Shown here: piece by piece, positions 35,737 through 48,139 of the stretch
Position numbering within the stretch: the stretch's first letter is position 1
Layout of the letters: each line of letters opens with the position of its first letter
From: Podarcis vaucheri
Taxonomy: Eukaryota
Strand: one strand, 5' to 3'
Assembly (NCBI GenBank): GCA_965113315.1
Contig: OZ220366.1
DNA: 64,000 nucleotides
The notes under the pieces: generated by a model
Told to the model about the DNA's origin: nothing
Databases searched by the model: none
The model's input: only the letters and a program-made list of their open reading frames with translations
Program-made: the position numbers and the translations under genes

Positions 35737-38625
35737 AAAGTGGTAGGGACAAACGATTATGTCACAAGTAGGAAGGCTTGAGAAATTTGAGTTTTGTGAA
35801 TGCCACTTCAGTCTGACCTAATCTGCACTGACCCTTCCACACTGGAATGAATTTATCATTCTGATTTCGCAATACTCTCAGATTTTCAATGCAGTTCCTG
35901 GCTCAAAAAAAATCTACCAGCAGAATGCATTACAAATGCATTTGGTCAAATGTATTTAGAAATACATACACTGAGATACATATCTGGATATGTATTTTGT
36001 GACAAAATACTTATTGCAGTATATATTTTAAAATGTGTCTTGATATGGACTGATCTGTCTGTCTCGTTAATTGTACCTAAATTTATTTGTGAGGAAGGGA
36101 GAACATGGCATCAGTCGGACAGCAGCCTCATGTGTGTGTTTTTTGAGCAGTGCAGAGGTGAGGTGGGCCCTCAGCAGTACTTGGCGAAATCCATGCTGGG
36201 CTTAGGCTGCAGACTACATGAAAGTAGAGCTCAGATGTTGCTTCATCAACAGTCATCCTCAGCCTGAGCCTTAAATAGGAGCTGCCTGTGCATGTCAGCT
36301 GCTAGCTCTGCTTTTGGTGAGAGGATTCTCTTCATTTAATGGGCCCACAGGATATTATGATTTCACCAGGAACTTTGGCTGGAGAGGTACTGCCACAATG
36401 AGTTCCTCTTGCAGAAGTGCTTCTTGTTGGTTTTGCACATCTGTGGCTGGGCCTGAGGGCTTGTTCCTCTCCCATTCCTCTTACTCCCTATACTACTTCA
36501 TCATTTGATGGTGTGTACAGGTTCTAACCAGTACTGGTTTGTCATTCTGCATTTTTGAAAGTATGCTGTTTTAGAACATAGCCCAATATAAAAGTCCCCC
36601 CCCCCGTACCAGTGCTCATTTAGTAGTATTCATGGAAGAGGATTTTTATTTTATTTTAAAAAAGCTAATTTTGGAATTTCTTTTTTTTAAAAAAAATGCA
36701 TTGAGTGCTCATTAAAACAACAGATTAAATCACTTCTCTTCGAGACAGATGTAAAAGACAGGTGCTGTATAATCTGACACAAGCTCTGTAAATATATGTT
36801 TGTTTTGATCATCAGTGCCACTCGCGATCTCAGTTCTAGGATTCTATGGAAGGGAAATTGCTAATTGCACCAAAACTTTGCAGTAATTTGTAGCACCCAT
36901 ATTTGTGTAATGGGTTAGACCAGCTTTTCTTTCGTGCTTCAACACATCACTTAAACTGAAGGCTGTAAGGGGAACTGTAGGTCAAGATAACAATGGGGAC
37001 AGGAAAAGGCACTGGACAATGGAAGGCGGAAAAAAGGTAGGAAATGTCGAAGCACTTGTAAAGGAGACACAGTTTAAAGTACTGGTAGTCACCTGAGTTT
37101 CTTCAGCTAAAAATGTGAGTAGCACACTGAAAGAAGGCCTGGCTGAAATGAAGGATAAAGAGGGAGGCTTTTCACAGTTCACAGGTGTGCAGACAGGAGC
37201 AGGAGAATAGCGGCAAACCCAGCCCTTGACCTCTGCACATTCAGCTGAAAGTTATGAGCCCATATGCATATAGCTCTCTATATGTGTAAAGTTTTCTCCA
37301 TGCTGTCATTTCAGGATTGCATGATAGTATGGGGAATTGTGCATGCATAGGCTCTGCACCAGGATGTGCTATCCTGCCCACTCTCTATAGGCATTCATAT
37401 ATTTTCTTAAAAGGACTAAAGGAACCCATATTATGAGACTGAGGGAGAGGCCTTCCTCCTTTTGGAAGTTAGAGGATGCTTCCTGCACTTGCTAAAGTGC
37501 AAATATTCCATATATCCCAGGCTCGAGGTGGACAGGAGGAGCTGACCTTGCTTGCACAAGCCATTTCTTTTATCTGCTATGCTCATTTTTAACATTTATC
37601 TGGGGGCAAGAGCTGTGAAACTCAGACTGTGACTCTGTACACACTTATCTGAGGAGTAAGCCCATGGAAAACGGCACTTGCTTTTGAGCAGTCATGTACA
37701 AGCTTGCACTGTAAGGGTGCTATTTCATTTTCCTACTTTTGTAAATTAAATGAAAATCATATGGGCCAGAACTCAGATCTGATTTTTGAAATGGTAATGG
37801 CTGTGCTTCATTTTTTTGTAGCTCATTAACAGCATTCAGAAGCAACTCGTTGGGGTGACTAAAAGGTGTTCCTGCTGTCATTTGTGAAAATGCCCCAAGG
37901 ATATTTTACTGGAACATTTTAGAATGATAGGATTGCTAATAATTATTAACAATGCATTAGGTGAAGATGAAGCCTGCAATGCTATACACGTATCCTTAAG
38001 ATTAAGTATCAGTGATTTACTACTAAGTAAATGTGCATAAGACTGAGCTGCAAACTTTGTTTTGTCAGCTCACCTCAACATATGATGGGAATGATGATGG
38101 TGGTGGTGTCTGTGCAAGATGGAAGAAATGTAGACCCAATAAAACAGAAAGTTTTGGAAGGTTGCTCATTTGTTTCCATCTGTCTTCATACTTTCTTGTC
38201 GTTCTGGTGCTGTCTTCTTGTGACTTCATGCTTTCATACAAACACACACACACACATTTCTTTTATTGCTGCTTGATAACTGGAAAGTAGCAGTGTACAC
38301 AGTCAGCCCTCCTGGAGGCAAAGCTTCCTACCAGTTATTGACATGATGCCTGTGTTCACATGATGCTTCTGATTCAATATAAACACTGAACTATGGGGGA
38401 ATTAAAACTATCCTGGTGAGATAATTCCAAAAGAAGGAAAAGTGGCAGGTAATATTTTGGACACTTACTGGGTTGAAAACTCACCACCCACCACCTCAAC
38501 TAAGAAATAGATTACACATGACAAGGATAAAATAAAATACATAATACATGGAGGCAACTTGGTGATCTTAAAAAACTTGGTTGTTCCAAACCATTTTTGA
38601 CCAGCAGATTTCTTATGCTGTTGTG

Positions 38626-39247
38626 TGTCGAGGTCCCCCAAGCAACCCTTAAATAATTCACAATTCACACATAATTTTTGCTTAAGGTTTTTGGCATAAT
38701 TTTGGCCACAACTTTTTTAAAATACATAAATGTGAGTGGTTGCTTAGGCATTGGTTATGACTATCTGTTTCCACGCCCAGGGACAGAACTGACTTCCGGA
38801 TTCCAGCAAAAGCCAGTAAGGGAAAACAATATTGGGGAGAGCATGGAGCCGGGCACCAGACCCTCACCCCCCTGCAGGCTCCCGGGGGCTTGCATGGCCA
38901 TAAACCCTATTCAGGGGTACGGACAAAAGAATGGCAAGCCCCTGGATTCCTTTAATGGATTTCCCTTGCAGCAGCAGCATTGGAGGGGCAGGCACCGCCA
39001 ATCCTTACCCCTCCACCAACCAATTTTTTAACCAATGCCTAACCACAACCTTACAAGTTGTGACAATTTGCTACGCAGTAGGCAAAAACCAAATGGCACC
39101 AGCCAGTCAGCCAAATGGACAAAATTCCTATCAGGCCTCTGCCCCAAAAGCAGATGACCACATGACAGGTATAGCAAGGTCAACGCAATAGCCCTAGATT
39201 AGGGAGAGTGGGCGGTTGATCCGATGCACGCAGCAAAAGAGCCCAGT
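38626..39247 (-). mobile_element. LTR-like structured repeat, copy 1 (promoter end truncated)
   Basis: Collinear shared blocks with copies 2 and 3: taggcattgg, atggcc, cggacaa, gattccttta, aagttgtgac, gtagg, aaaattccta, tgacc. Superfamily unresolved (solo LTR or DIRS/Ngaro terminal repeat). Confidence 0.7.
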
Positions 39248-40965
39248 CAGTGATGCTGCTCGTGCATGCGCAGAAGTGCTAAATCACGCTTCGCATGTGC
39301 ACAGAAGTGTAAACCACTCCGCGCACATGTGCAGACGTGGCACTTTGCCATGTGCCCTTTTTAAAAAACAGAATTCTATCTTGAGGCTTGCAAATGTTCA
39401 AAAAATAATATTTCACAAAATACTTTTCCAGTGTAGAAACAATGCAGTTGGCAACAGTTGGAACAGAGCTACACAGCATGCAGTATAGTGCACAAACACC
39501 TCATCAATGCATGTGGAATTCTGTGCCATGTGTGATTCTGTGATGTTTTATTTCTAAAGGATTTTTTTCTATCAGAACAGAGCCATAAAGCATCATATTT
39601 CTGACCATTGTAAAAAACAGAAGAGGCTTTCAGCTAAATCATTGCTTTTCTCCTGAACAAAATGTCCTAAGCTTCATCCTCTCACAATTTTTGTTACCAG
39701 GATGAAATATTGGCATTTAAATGCTTCATTTGTTCTGTGAACTGCACTAGTAACATGTACTATTTTGACCTTTTCAGAATTTTGTAGTTTAATTGGATGG
39801 CTGTTTTTCACTCATCATCCTCTTAACAACCTCTCTGATGTCCAAGTGGGGAGGTAGCGCTTGACAAATCAAGGTGAACATTATTGAAATGAATACAACA
39901 TAATAAAATATAGATTTCCCACCCACCCTCAATACACCCTCGATTTTTATATTACTAAAGCCCAACCCATTTCTTTATCATTGCCAAATTTACAGTGTAA
40001 GCCTTACATTGCACCCCTTCCGTCCCCACCCCCATGAGCTTGTGGAAAGCAGCTGCAGGGAGGAGAGGGGGAGGGGTTTGAAGAATAAGAATAGGATCTA
40101 TTATGGCAGTTCTCTTAGATGGTGCTATTTGTTGCTGCCGAAATGAGGTAAGAAGACAGCTGTTTATGCAAATAAAATGTCTCGCAAATCCACATGAGAA
40201 GGTGTGCACAATACTTATAAGAAAAGAAATGTTCCCTCATGACCATGCTGCGTCTGTTTCTTGAATAAATCCCACACCCTCCTAAATTCCTATCTGCCAA
40301 CTTGTCTTAATGAATATGGAACTCTCTGAAAAGCCACGGCATAATGAATAAAAAGGCTAAACTTTGCTTTTACTTTGGAAAGAATGCATGACTAATCTAT
40401 ACTAGATCTAGAGCTCTGGTTACTTCAAAGGGCAGGCATTTTTGCTCACAGTAGTAGTGAGTTTGCAGTCTCTCGAAAGTCACAAATGTAATTGGGAGGG
40501 ATAAACTGCCCGGGTTTGAAAAACCTAGGAAGACAAAGCGCAAATCTGAAAATATTTTAAATTAAAAATGTAAGCTTTGCCAGGCAGAGAAGAAACAGCG
40601 GCCCTCCAGAGCTTGTTGGACTGAGACTCCCATCATCCCTGACCATTGGGGATGCTGGCTGAGGATGCTGAGCATCCCAATTGTCAGCGCCATGCTTTCT
40701 CCATCTTATTTGTAGAGATTGGTTGTGTGAACCATGCTAATTTAAAAGTGTTGTCTTTTTACTTTGGCTTCCTTTTCCACTTTGTTTCTCCTTTTTTAAA
40801 ATAAATAAATAAATATCTATTTTATCTGGATATTGTGTGAATGTGTGTTACTGTATTGCGCAAAGTTTCTGGAGCAGAAATTCAGTTTTAATATACTGCA
40901 TAATGCACTAATAGGGCACAGAAATTCCATGTGAATAAAATTGTTGTTTATTCATTATTATTGGA

Positions 40966-41742
40966 TTGCACCCCAAGGCCCCACAAGCCCTTTTCCAGTA
41001 AAATAACTTCAAACGGACGCATAATTTTAGTTTAAGTTTTTCGGCAAAATTTGGCTACAGCTTTATTGATTACAAAACAAATTGTGCGGTATTGGCCTAG
41101 GCATTGGTCAGAGACTATAACTGACTCCAGCCTCTCTGGCTGGCAGTCTGAAAGGGTAAACACCAAACAAGGGAGCAACATCGGTGAAGATCAATGGAAG
41201 CTCACCCTGGGGTTCCTGTGGTCCTGGCATGGCCCTAGTCCCTCAAGCGGACTTCGGACAAGATCCAGGACCCCCAGATTCCTTTACCGGAATACCCTAT
41301 TTCTAGAGGGACAGGTGATGGCCACACCTCCCCTCCCGCACATTTCTATAAACCACCAAACCTTACAAAGTTGTGACGATTGCTAAGGGGGTAGGCGAAA
41401 ACCAAGTGGCTAAGCCAATCTGCCAAATGGAAAAATTCCTACCCAGCCCCTGCTCCAAAGCAGGTGACCCAATCCAAAGCAAGACCAAAGCAGCAGCATC
41501 TAAAATACGGAGGGAGGACGGGTGTTTGGCAGCGCAAAGCAAGTGCCCCTACCCCTGTCACGCTGCCGCATTTATAGGTTCCTGGGATCACGCCCACTCG
41601 CCACAATTGGCCCAAACAGCCAAGCGCGATCCCAGGGCCCAACAGACAAGGCTTGGGCCACTCCTAGCAACAACACACCCTGGGGGGGGGGCTTAAGGGT
41701 CCCGAGTGCAACCAGGACCCTCGATTTAGGAGGATCCCATTT
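40966..41742 (-). mobile_element. LTR-like structured repeat, copy 2 (CCAAT, TATA and AATAAA intact)
   Basis: Same blocks. Minus-strand CCAAT 41606-41610, TATAAA 41571-41576, AATAAA 41062-41067. Right end gaggatcc.attt shared with copy 3. No clear TSD. Confidence 0.75.
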
Positions 41743-42382
41743 GTTGTTTCTTATGATTAACTGGTGAGATTGCATTTAAAAATTATTGTGCAGTGATGAA
41801 AAAGGAAGGGGGTGTCAATATGGCCCACATTTCTCTTAGCAATTTGGACCGCCATATACAAAGTTTGTCATTTTGTGCTTATATAGTTGATATGTGATAG
41901 CTTTTTAACTAATACTGAACTGTTTTTGTTCAACTTAACTGTATATATTTGCCTGGCTAATATATTTGCCTAGACTAATATCTATCTTGCATACAAATTA
42001 TAAGACCTTATAATTAGAAAGAACCTAGATGGACCTGTGGTCTGACTTTGTATAAACCAGCTTCCTACATTCCTAAATATCATTGGATTGACCCCTAGTT
42101 TAAATTAAGAGTGCTTAGAATTTGATTTTGGCTTGCAAACTGGATGTTATAATGTTGCTAGTCCCCACCAACCTTTGAAATTTAGTAACTGTTGTGTAGA
42201 TGTTTAAAAAAATACCAGAGAAGTGTGCAAAGAGTTTCTTGAAATTATATTTGTGGCCAGAAAGGTTTGGGGTTCATTTCACTGAAATTCTCCTGGGGCA
42301 GGAGGTTATCCAACAGTCTCCCGGGAGAAGGGCTCTCCATTAGTAATGACAGTAGCACATGGGCTCTTTATTCAAAAAGATT

Positions 42383-42438
42383 TTGTTGTTGGTGTTGTTG
42401 TTGTGAATGCAAACAGCAGCAGCAGCAGCAACAACAAC
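42383..42438. repeat. Compound (TGT)n / (CAG)n(CAA)n microsatellite in fold-back arrangement
   Basis: ttgttgttggtgttgttgttgt-gaatgcaa-acagcagcagcagcagcaacaacaac. Confidence 0.85.
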
Positions 42439-45400
42439 TGTGTTTTTCTACTTGCGTTCTCCACAGTGGACCTAGTGTTGGCTCTGGAGGTAAATAATGG
42501 CTGCCAATGCCATTAACAAATGGTGGAGAATGAACAGTGAAAAATCTTCAAAATTTCTCGTTCCAGGAAAATGAGAACTCTTAGATATTTTATCTGAAAA
42601 AATTCCATTTGAAGAAAAAGGATGCGGGACTAGATGGTCTTCAGCAGGGCTTTTTAAATGTTAAACACCTTTGCAACATTCCCCCATGTACACACCTTTA
42701 TAAACTGAAGATTCCTGAACTTCATTAGCTTCATCATCAGAACCAGAGTTTTTGCATTGCATGTGTAATGGGAAGACTACGAAAGTTCACAATCCTGAAA
42801 AAATCATCAGTCAGTTTAGCAGTCGGTGCATTGCACCTGAAGAGGGTTCATCTGGTTACTTAAACCTTTTAGACTGTGAACTCTGAAGGTTAGTCTAACA
42901 TAGCCTTGCATACTAATAAGGGCATGAAGATGCTTAATGAATAAAAATGCTAACACCAGCCAAACTGGTAGATTTTCTTTTAAATTGCTGGTAAAGTGGG
43001 AGATTAAAGGGATGTTTATGGCAAAAAGTTAAAAAGATAGCATATTGGATGAGTGTTATATGTATACACAGGGCATGATTATCTTCTTCTAGCTCTTAAA
43101 ATGGTGTTTAGAGAGTAAGGAATTTTGCCTGGTCTCTGGGGACCTTGGGTTTTCCTGCCTTGTGATGGTGGATAAATGCTATGCAACAGGTTTGTGAATA
43201 AATCATACCTTTTGAGACAAGTGAATGGCCTAAACACCAGCTGTTATGCATCTCAAGGTAAACCTTAAAAGGAGACTACACCACACATTTTAAAAAGGAA
43301 GAGATAGTAACAACTTGACTCTGGATTTGCAACTGAAAGCTCAGTTTCTGGGACACCTTTGATGTATTTTCTTTTAAATTATTAGCGTTCATGGTGGGTA
43401 CACATCCAAAAGCAGCGGGGAAGCAGAGGCTCACATCGTTAAGTTTGATACTACCCTAGTGCATGTGAGGAAAGGATCAGAGCAGATTTGCATTTTTAAA
43501 ATTTATTTAGTAAATTTAAATCAGCAGCAGAATAAAATTATACAGGTCCAAATCTGCAAACAAACTGAACAGGAGGAACTGGATTTAAACCTAGTGAGAT
43601 GTATTGAGTCCGGATGAATCAGCACAGGCAATGGTTTGTGCTCTTGAAGCTAATGTGTCATGTTAGGAAACCTAGCCACATCTATGTTGCCCTTTTTTGC
43701 TTGCCTTTGGGAAGCCCTAGCCCTGGTGCACTATTTGACTTACCATCCCAAAACATTGCTGCGCTGTTTAGTGGCATGGAGCTGGGACCAGAGCTGTGCT
43801 CTGGAGCTAAATAAAAGTATAACCATATATTGAAGGCAGCCCTCTGGTATGGCTCAAAAGGACAACTTGAAACAAACAATGATTTAATTCATTTGGAGTT
43901 TTTAACTGAGCTCATTCCTTTGTAGTATTTATTTCCAATGTAAAGGATTAACACATGGTAGTAAGACAGCCAATAATTGGATTCAAAAACCAATTAAATT
44001 TAAGCCAGAGAACTTGCAAAGCATAGGAACAAGCCCTGGGTCTTAAAGGTGGCTCAACTGGTGGTGGTAGGGAGTCTGGGGTGGGCCTTGCAGATTTCAT
44101 GATGAGCCCCCACCTTTTTTCATATAGCGTGAGCATTATAATGGATTTAATCCATTAACCAGAAATAATATTAGCTAGTAACTTGCTTTACTTAAAGCTG
44201 CTAGCAATATTGTTTTCATAAGGTGTTTGTAGTATGGTATGTGTCCTTTTGATGTCTTGCATTTTGCTGGGATGTGACCGCACATACCAAAAATAATTGC
44301 CTTCAACACATAGGTATACTTTTATTTTCTAAAGCAAACTCTTACTGTCTGGTGCTGCACCAGCACTCAGAACAAATAAAACTGTAAACTGTAACTAAGG
44401 TGGAAGAAGAAAATTGGAAAAAAAACACCCCAAACAAATAAAACTGTAAAAAGCCAAGGTAAGCCAACAATATTTTGAGAGTACAGGTGAGCACAGGAAA
44501 CCACAAACATAGAATTTTATACTCTTTTCAAATCCCCCATGTAAGCCTTGTTTATACTGTGATGCCTATAACATGCTTCTCCAGAGATGGTACTGAGTAG
44601 TTCTCAAACATTACCAGTTACAGACTCTCACATTATTTTAGGAGGTCCTCCTGGAAGGCAAGACAACAAAAGCTTGTCATTTAGCCTTACTTCTAATTTG
44701 GTCCTAGTCAGCAGCTGAACTTATATTAGAAAGGGCAGACAACTTGTATACTAAGCCAAGCGGTGAACAGCTGAGCAATATCCTGCAAAACATTCAAGTC
44801 TGTTTATCCTAGAAAATATATACTGGAATGCTGCCAGTATTGCCATATATGCCAGGCAATATATAGCTGCCATTTACAATAAAATTAAATTCAGTGGGAT
44901 CTTACTTTCTACATGTAAGTACAGCACAGGAACCTGATGTTTTTGTTGCAATGCAGTAGGTAGAGGGTTAAAACTCCACACCTCACACAGGTGCTCTCAA
45001 TGAACACAATCCCACACATTTGTAAACAAATAAAGGGGGGAAAGTCATGATTTGCAGGTGATGCCATGTCACAGGTAGTTAGGCCCTTAGCATGTAAATT
45101 TTAGGCTGTAGGTTCAAAGACTCTTACTGAGAAATAGTGTGACTTACTTCTGACTAAAACATTTAGGATTGTGCAGCACATTACCCAATGATAATATACC
45201 ACAGCAAGTTTTCTCGTTGAATCAAACCAATAATGCATGGGAACACTTGCCCCACAGTTTTGTGAGATCTTGAAGGTGTGTTTCCACACTGATCTAGAGA
45301 AAAATAACAATTACTTAGCAATGTCAGAGGTCATGTCTGCCTTTTTGGATGAATGTGGACATTTCTCTAAAGCAGATGGAGAAATGGAATAGCATATTAT

Positions 45401-46706
45401 GGCTAAGTATGACAAAAGCAGCCTTAATGGCTTAACAATGGGTTCAGTTGCAGGTGAAAGATGCATTTTTAAAGAGATGACATATTTTCCCTCCCTTTGA
45501 TCACTGAAGCCAAACTAAAGAGAGAGAATGAGAAAGGAAAAGCATTCTGAGTGTGGAACAGATGATCTAATCACACACAACAACTGTCTCTTTTTAATGG
45601 GAAGCAGAAGCTGTTGGTGTTGTTTAGTATAAGGTCCATGAAGTTCCATTCCTTAATCATTGTCACCAAGAAATCCTGAACATGTCTCTATACATGTACA
45701 CTATAGGTCACCGGATAGCTATAGTTATCACACAATTTTCAAAAATTGAATGAAGTGGAGTTATATTATCACCTGATAACTTGTAATTTATATATTCATT
45801 TCCTCAAATTATTAAAAATAGTTTTAAAAATCATGACCTGATTTGTTAGCATTAAGTCTTTTTTGAATCCAACGTGATAGATTTTCATTTTCTTTTTTTT
45901 TTTAAAAAAAAAACCAACTAAATTTCTCCCACGCATATGTTATAATGATGTTTCTTTGCACAACATAAAGCTTGGCCAGTAGGTTATTGTAGCACTTAAC
46001 CACAAATGAACTACCATTGTCCTGGAAACAAACTCCTATTTTCCCCCTCCTTCTAAGGAGAACAAATTTATTTCCACACAAAGTCCAGATCAGGGATTCC
46101 ATTTACAGCACCTCTAACTGGATCCAGTCTCAAATCTGGTGTGGTGGGAAAACATTTCTCCAACCTCTGGTTAAAGGCTTTCCTTGTTGTTTATGCCTTC
46201 TCTTTATTCACGTACTTCTGTTGTTGCAAATGAGCTGTCATGTACCTGGGAAAAAGTTTCTCTCATCTAATTATCAGAGACAAACCATAAGTTATACACG
46301 AATGAAGCCCCAGTGAAAAGCAGCTTTGGGATACTACGATTTTGAACAAAAAAGTGGCAAAAGGGAATGTTTGATCTTTTCTTCAGTAGCTGTGAGTGGC
46401 TCTGAGCTGTTGTCTAGTCATGTGCTTGGAGTTGTGTTGAATGAAAGCAATTTGAAATGGGGAAATGGCCAGCAAAGAAAAGGTTAAGCCTCCCCAATAT
46501 TTGGGGTGTAGGAACATTTTACATAACATGTTTCACACTCTCAGTGATTTGATAATCATAGGTTCTATCATCACTTTATTTGAAAAAATGCACATACCGG
46601 TACCCAACCAGGGTCACTTTAGAAGCATAATTATTTATTAGAATATCTTTTTTTACTTCTTGGATACTACTCCAAGGATAACATCTCACTTTGCTTTCAA
46701 CACTTA

Positions 46707-46790
46707 CGCCTGAAGAAAAACCTGTAAACAGAAAAGCTTGGTTGCAACATATTGAACGACTAGCTGGATCAATGAAAGGATAGCTTTCCT
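46707..46790 (+). mobile_element. Possible degraded Penelope pLTR with decayed hammerhead core
   Basis: cctgaagaa...ctgt-aa-acag-aaaagctt follows the CUGAAGAA-stem-GAAAGCU order seen at 4407-4444. Confidence 0.3.
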
Positions 46791-47503
46791 GCTCTTACTG
46801 TCTCCTCCTGAAGAAACAAGACTACCAACATTGTTCTGGGGCATGTTTTCAGTGAAAATGTGTAATGTTTCTTACAGTGTTTACTACATTTCTTCCTAGC
46901 ATTGAATTCAAGCTGAAATGGCTATGAAATGGCAGCAATATCAGGACCTCAGCTTTTATCATAATAATTTTCTTAGTCGTTCAGAAATTCCCCCAAAGGC
47001 CTGAAATGAGAGAATCTGTCCATTTGCAGTCTCTGTCACTTTCCCATGCTCCTGCTGACAATTCTATTTTGTTCTGTTTCTGTATTCAACAACTTCAAAA
47101 CTATATATATATATATATATAAAGGTAAAATCTCAGAATTGAATTTAACAGAGCAATTCAAACTTGGCTCCAGCCTGCTAGGGTGGAAGGGGGGCTGGCA
47201 GTATTTCTCTGCTTTTTTATTTTTTCCTTTTTTTCTGTACCAACTCCAGGGTGGCACAGCAGGGGAGCCCAGATCAGGCCCACAGAGAGATGGATTCAGC
47301 AGATCCTTTGGACTCGGCAGATCCTGCCCCAGCTTTATAACACTCAGTTCTGGGGCCTAATGGCAGCTAAAACCAGCAGAAATTCTTCCAGGAGTAGTGT
47401 GCACTCTACCACACTTTTGGCGGGTGCAGTAGAGCCTTCCCTGCTCCCCCCTCCCCTGGTGGAGGGATATTGTGGTTATTCATATTGTGCTTTTGGGAGT
47501 AAT

Positions 47504-48139
47504 AGGCAAATAGAAGGGGAAGAAATGGAGGCAGTGAGAGATTTTACTTTCTTGGGCTCTAGGATCACTGCAGATGGTGACAGCAGCCACCAAATTAAAA
47601 GATGCCTGCTTCTTGGGAGAAAAGCAATGACAAACCTAGACAGCATATTAAAAAGCAGAGACATCACCTTGCCTACAAAGGTCCATATAGTCAAAGCTAT
47701 GGTTTTCCCAGTAGTGATGTATGGAAGTGAGAGCTGGACCATAAAGAAGGCTGATCACCGAAGAATTGATGCTTTTGAATTTTGGTACTAGAGGAGACTC
47801 TTGAGAGTCCTATGGACTGCAAGAAGATCAAGCCTATCCATTCTGAAGGAAATCAGCCCTGAGTGCTCACTGGAAGGACAGATCCTGAAGCTGAGGCTCC
47901 AATACTTTGGTTACCTCATGAGAAGAGAAGACTCCCTGGAAAAGACCCTGATGTTGGGAAAGATGGAGGGCACAAGGAGAAGGAGACAGCAGAGGATGAG
48001 ATCGTTGGACAGTGTTCTTGAAGCTACGAAAATGAGTTGGACCAAGCTGCGGGAGGCAGTGGAAGACAGGAGTGCCTGGTGTGCTCTGGTCCATGGGGAC
48101 ACGAAGAGTTGGACACGACTAAACGACTAAACAATAACA
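47504..48139 (+). mobile_element. BovB-type RTE LINE, 5'-truncated 3' end
   Basis: FTFLGS, VFPVVMYGSESWT, IDAFE, LQYFG.LMRR, SLEKTLMLGK in one frame with a single TAG (47789-47791). Tail gactaaacgactaaacaa. Confidence 0.93.

Noticed and set aside
42267-42497. PolyQ/polyC ORF
   Set aside because: Translation of microsatellites; TTG start and no supporting splice or domain evidence.
47183-47503. N-terminal half of the 202-aa ORF
   Set aside because: Chance open frame in flanking DNA ahead of the truncated BovB; the start is GTG and RTE similarity begins only near 47504.
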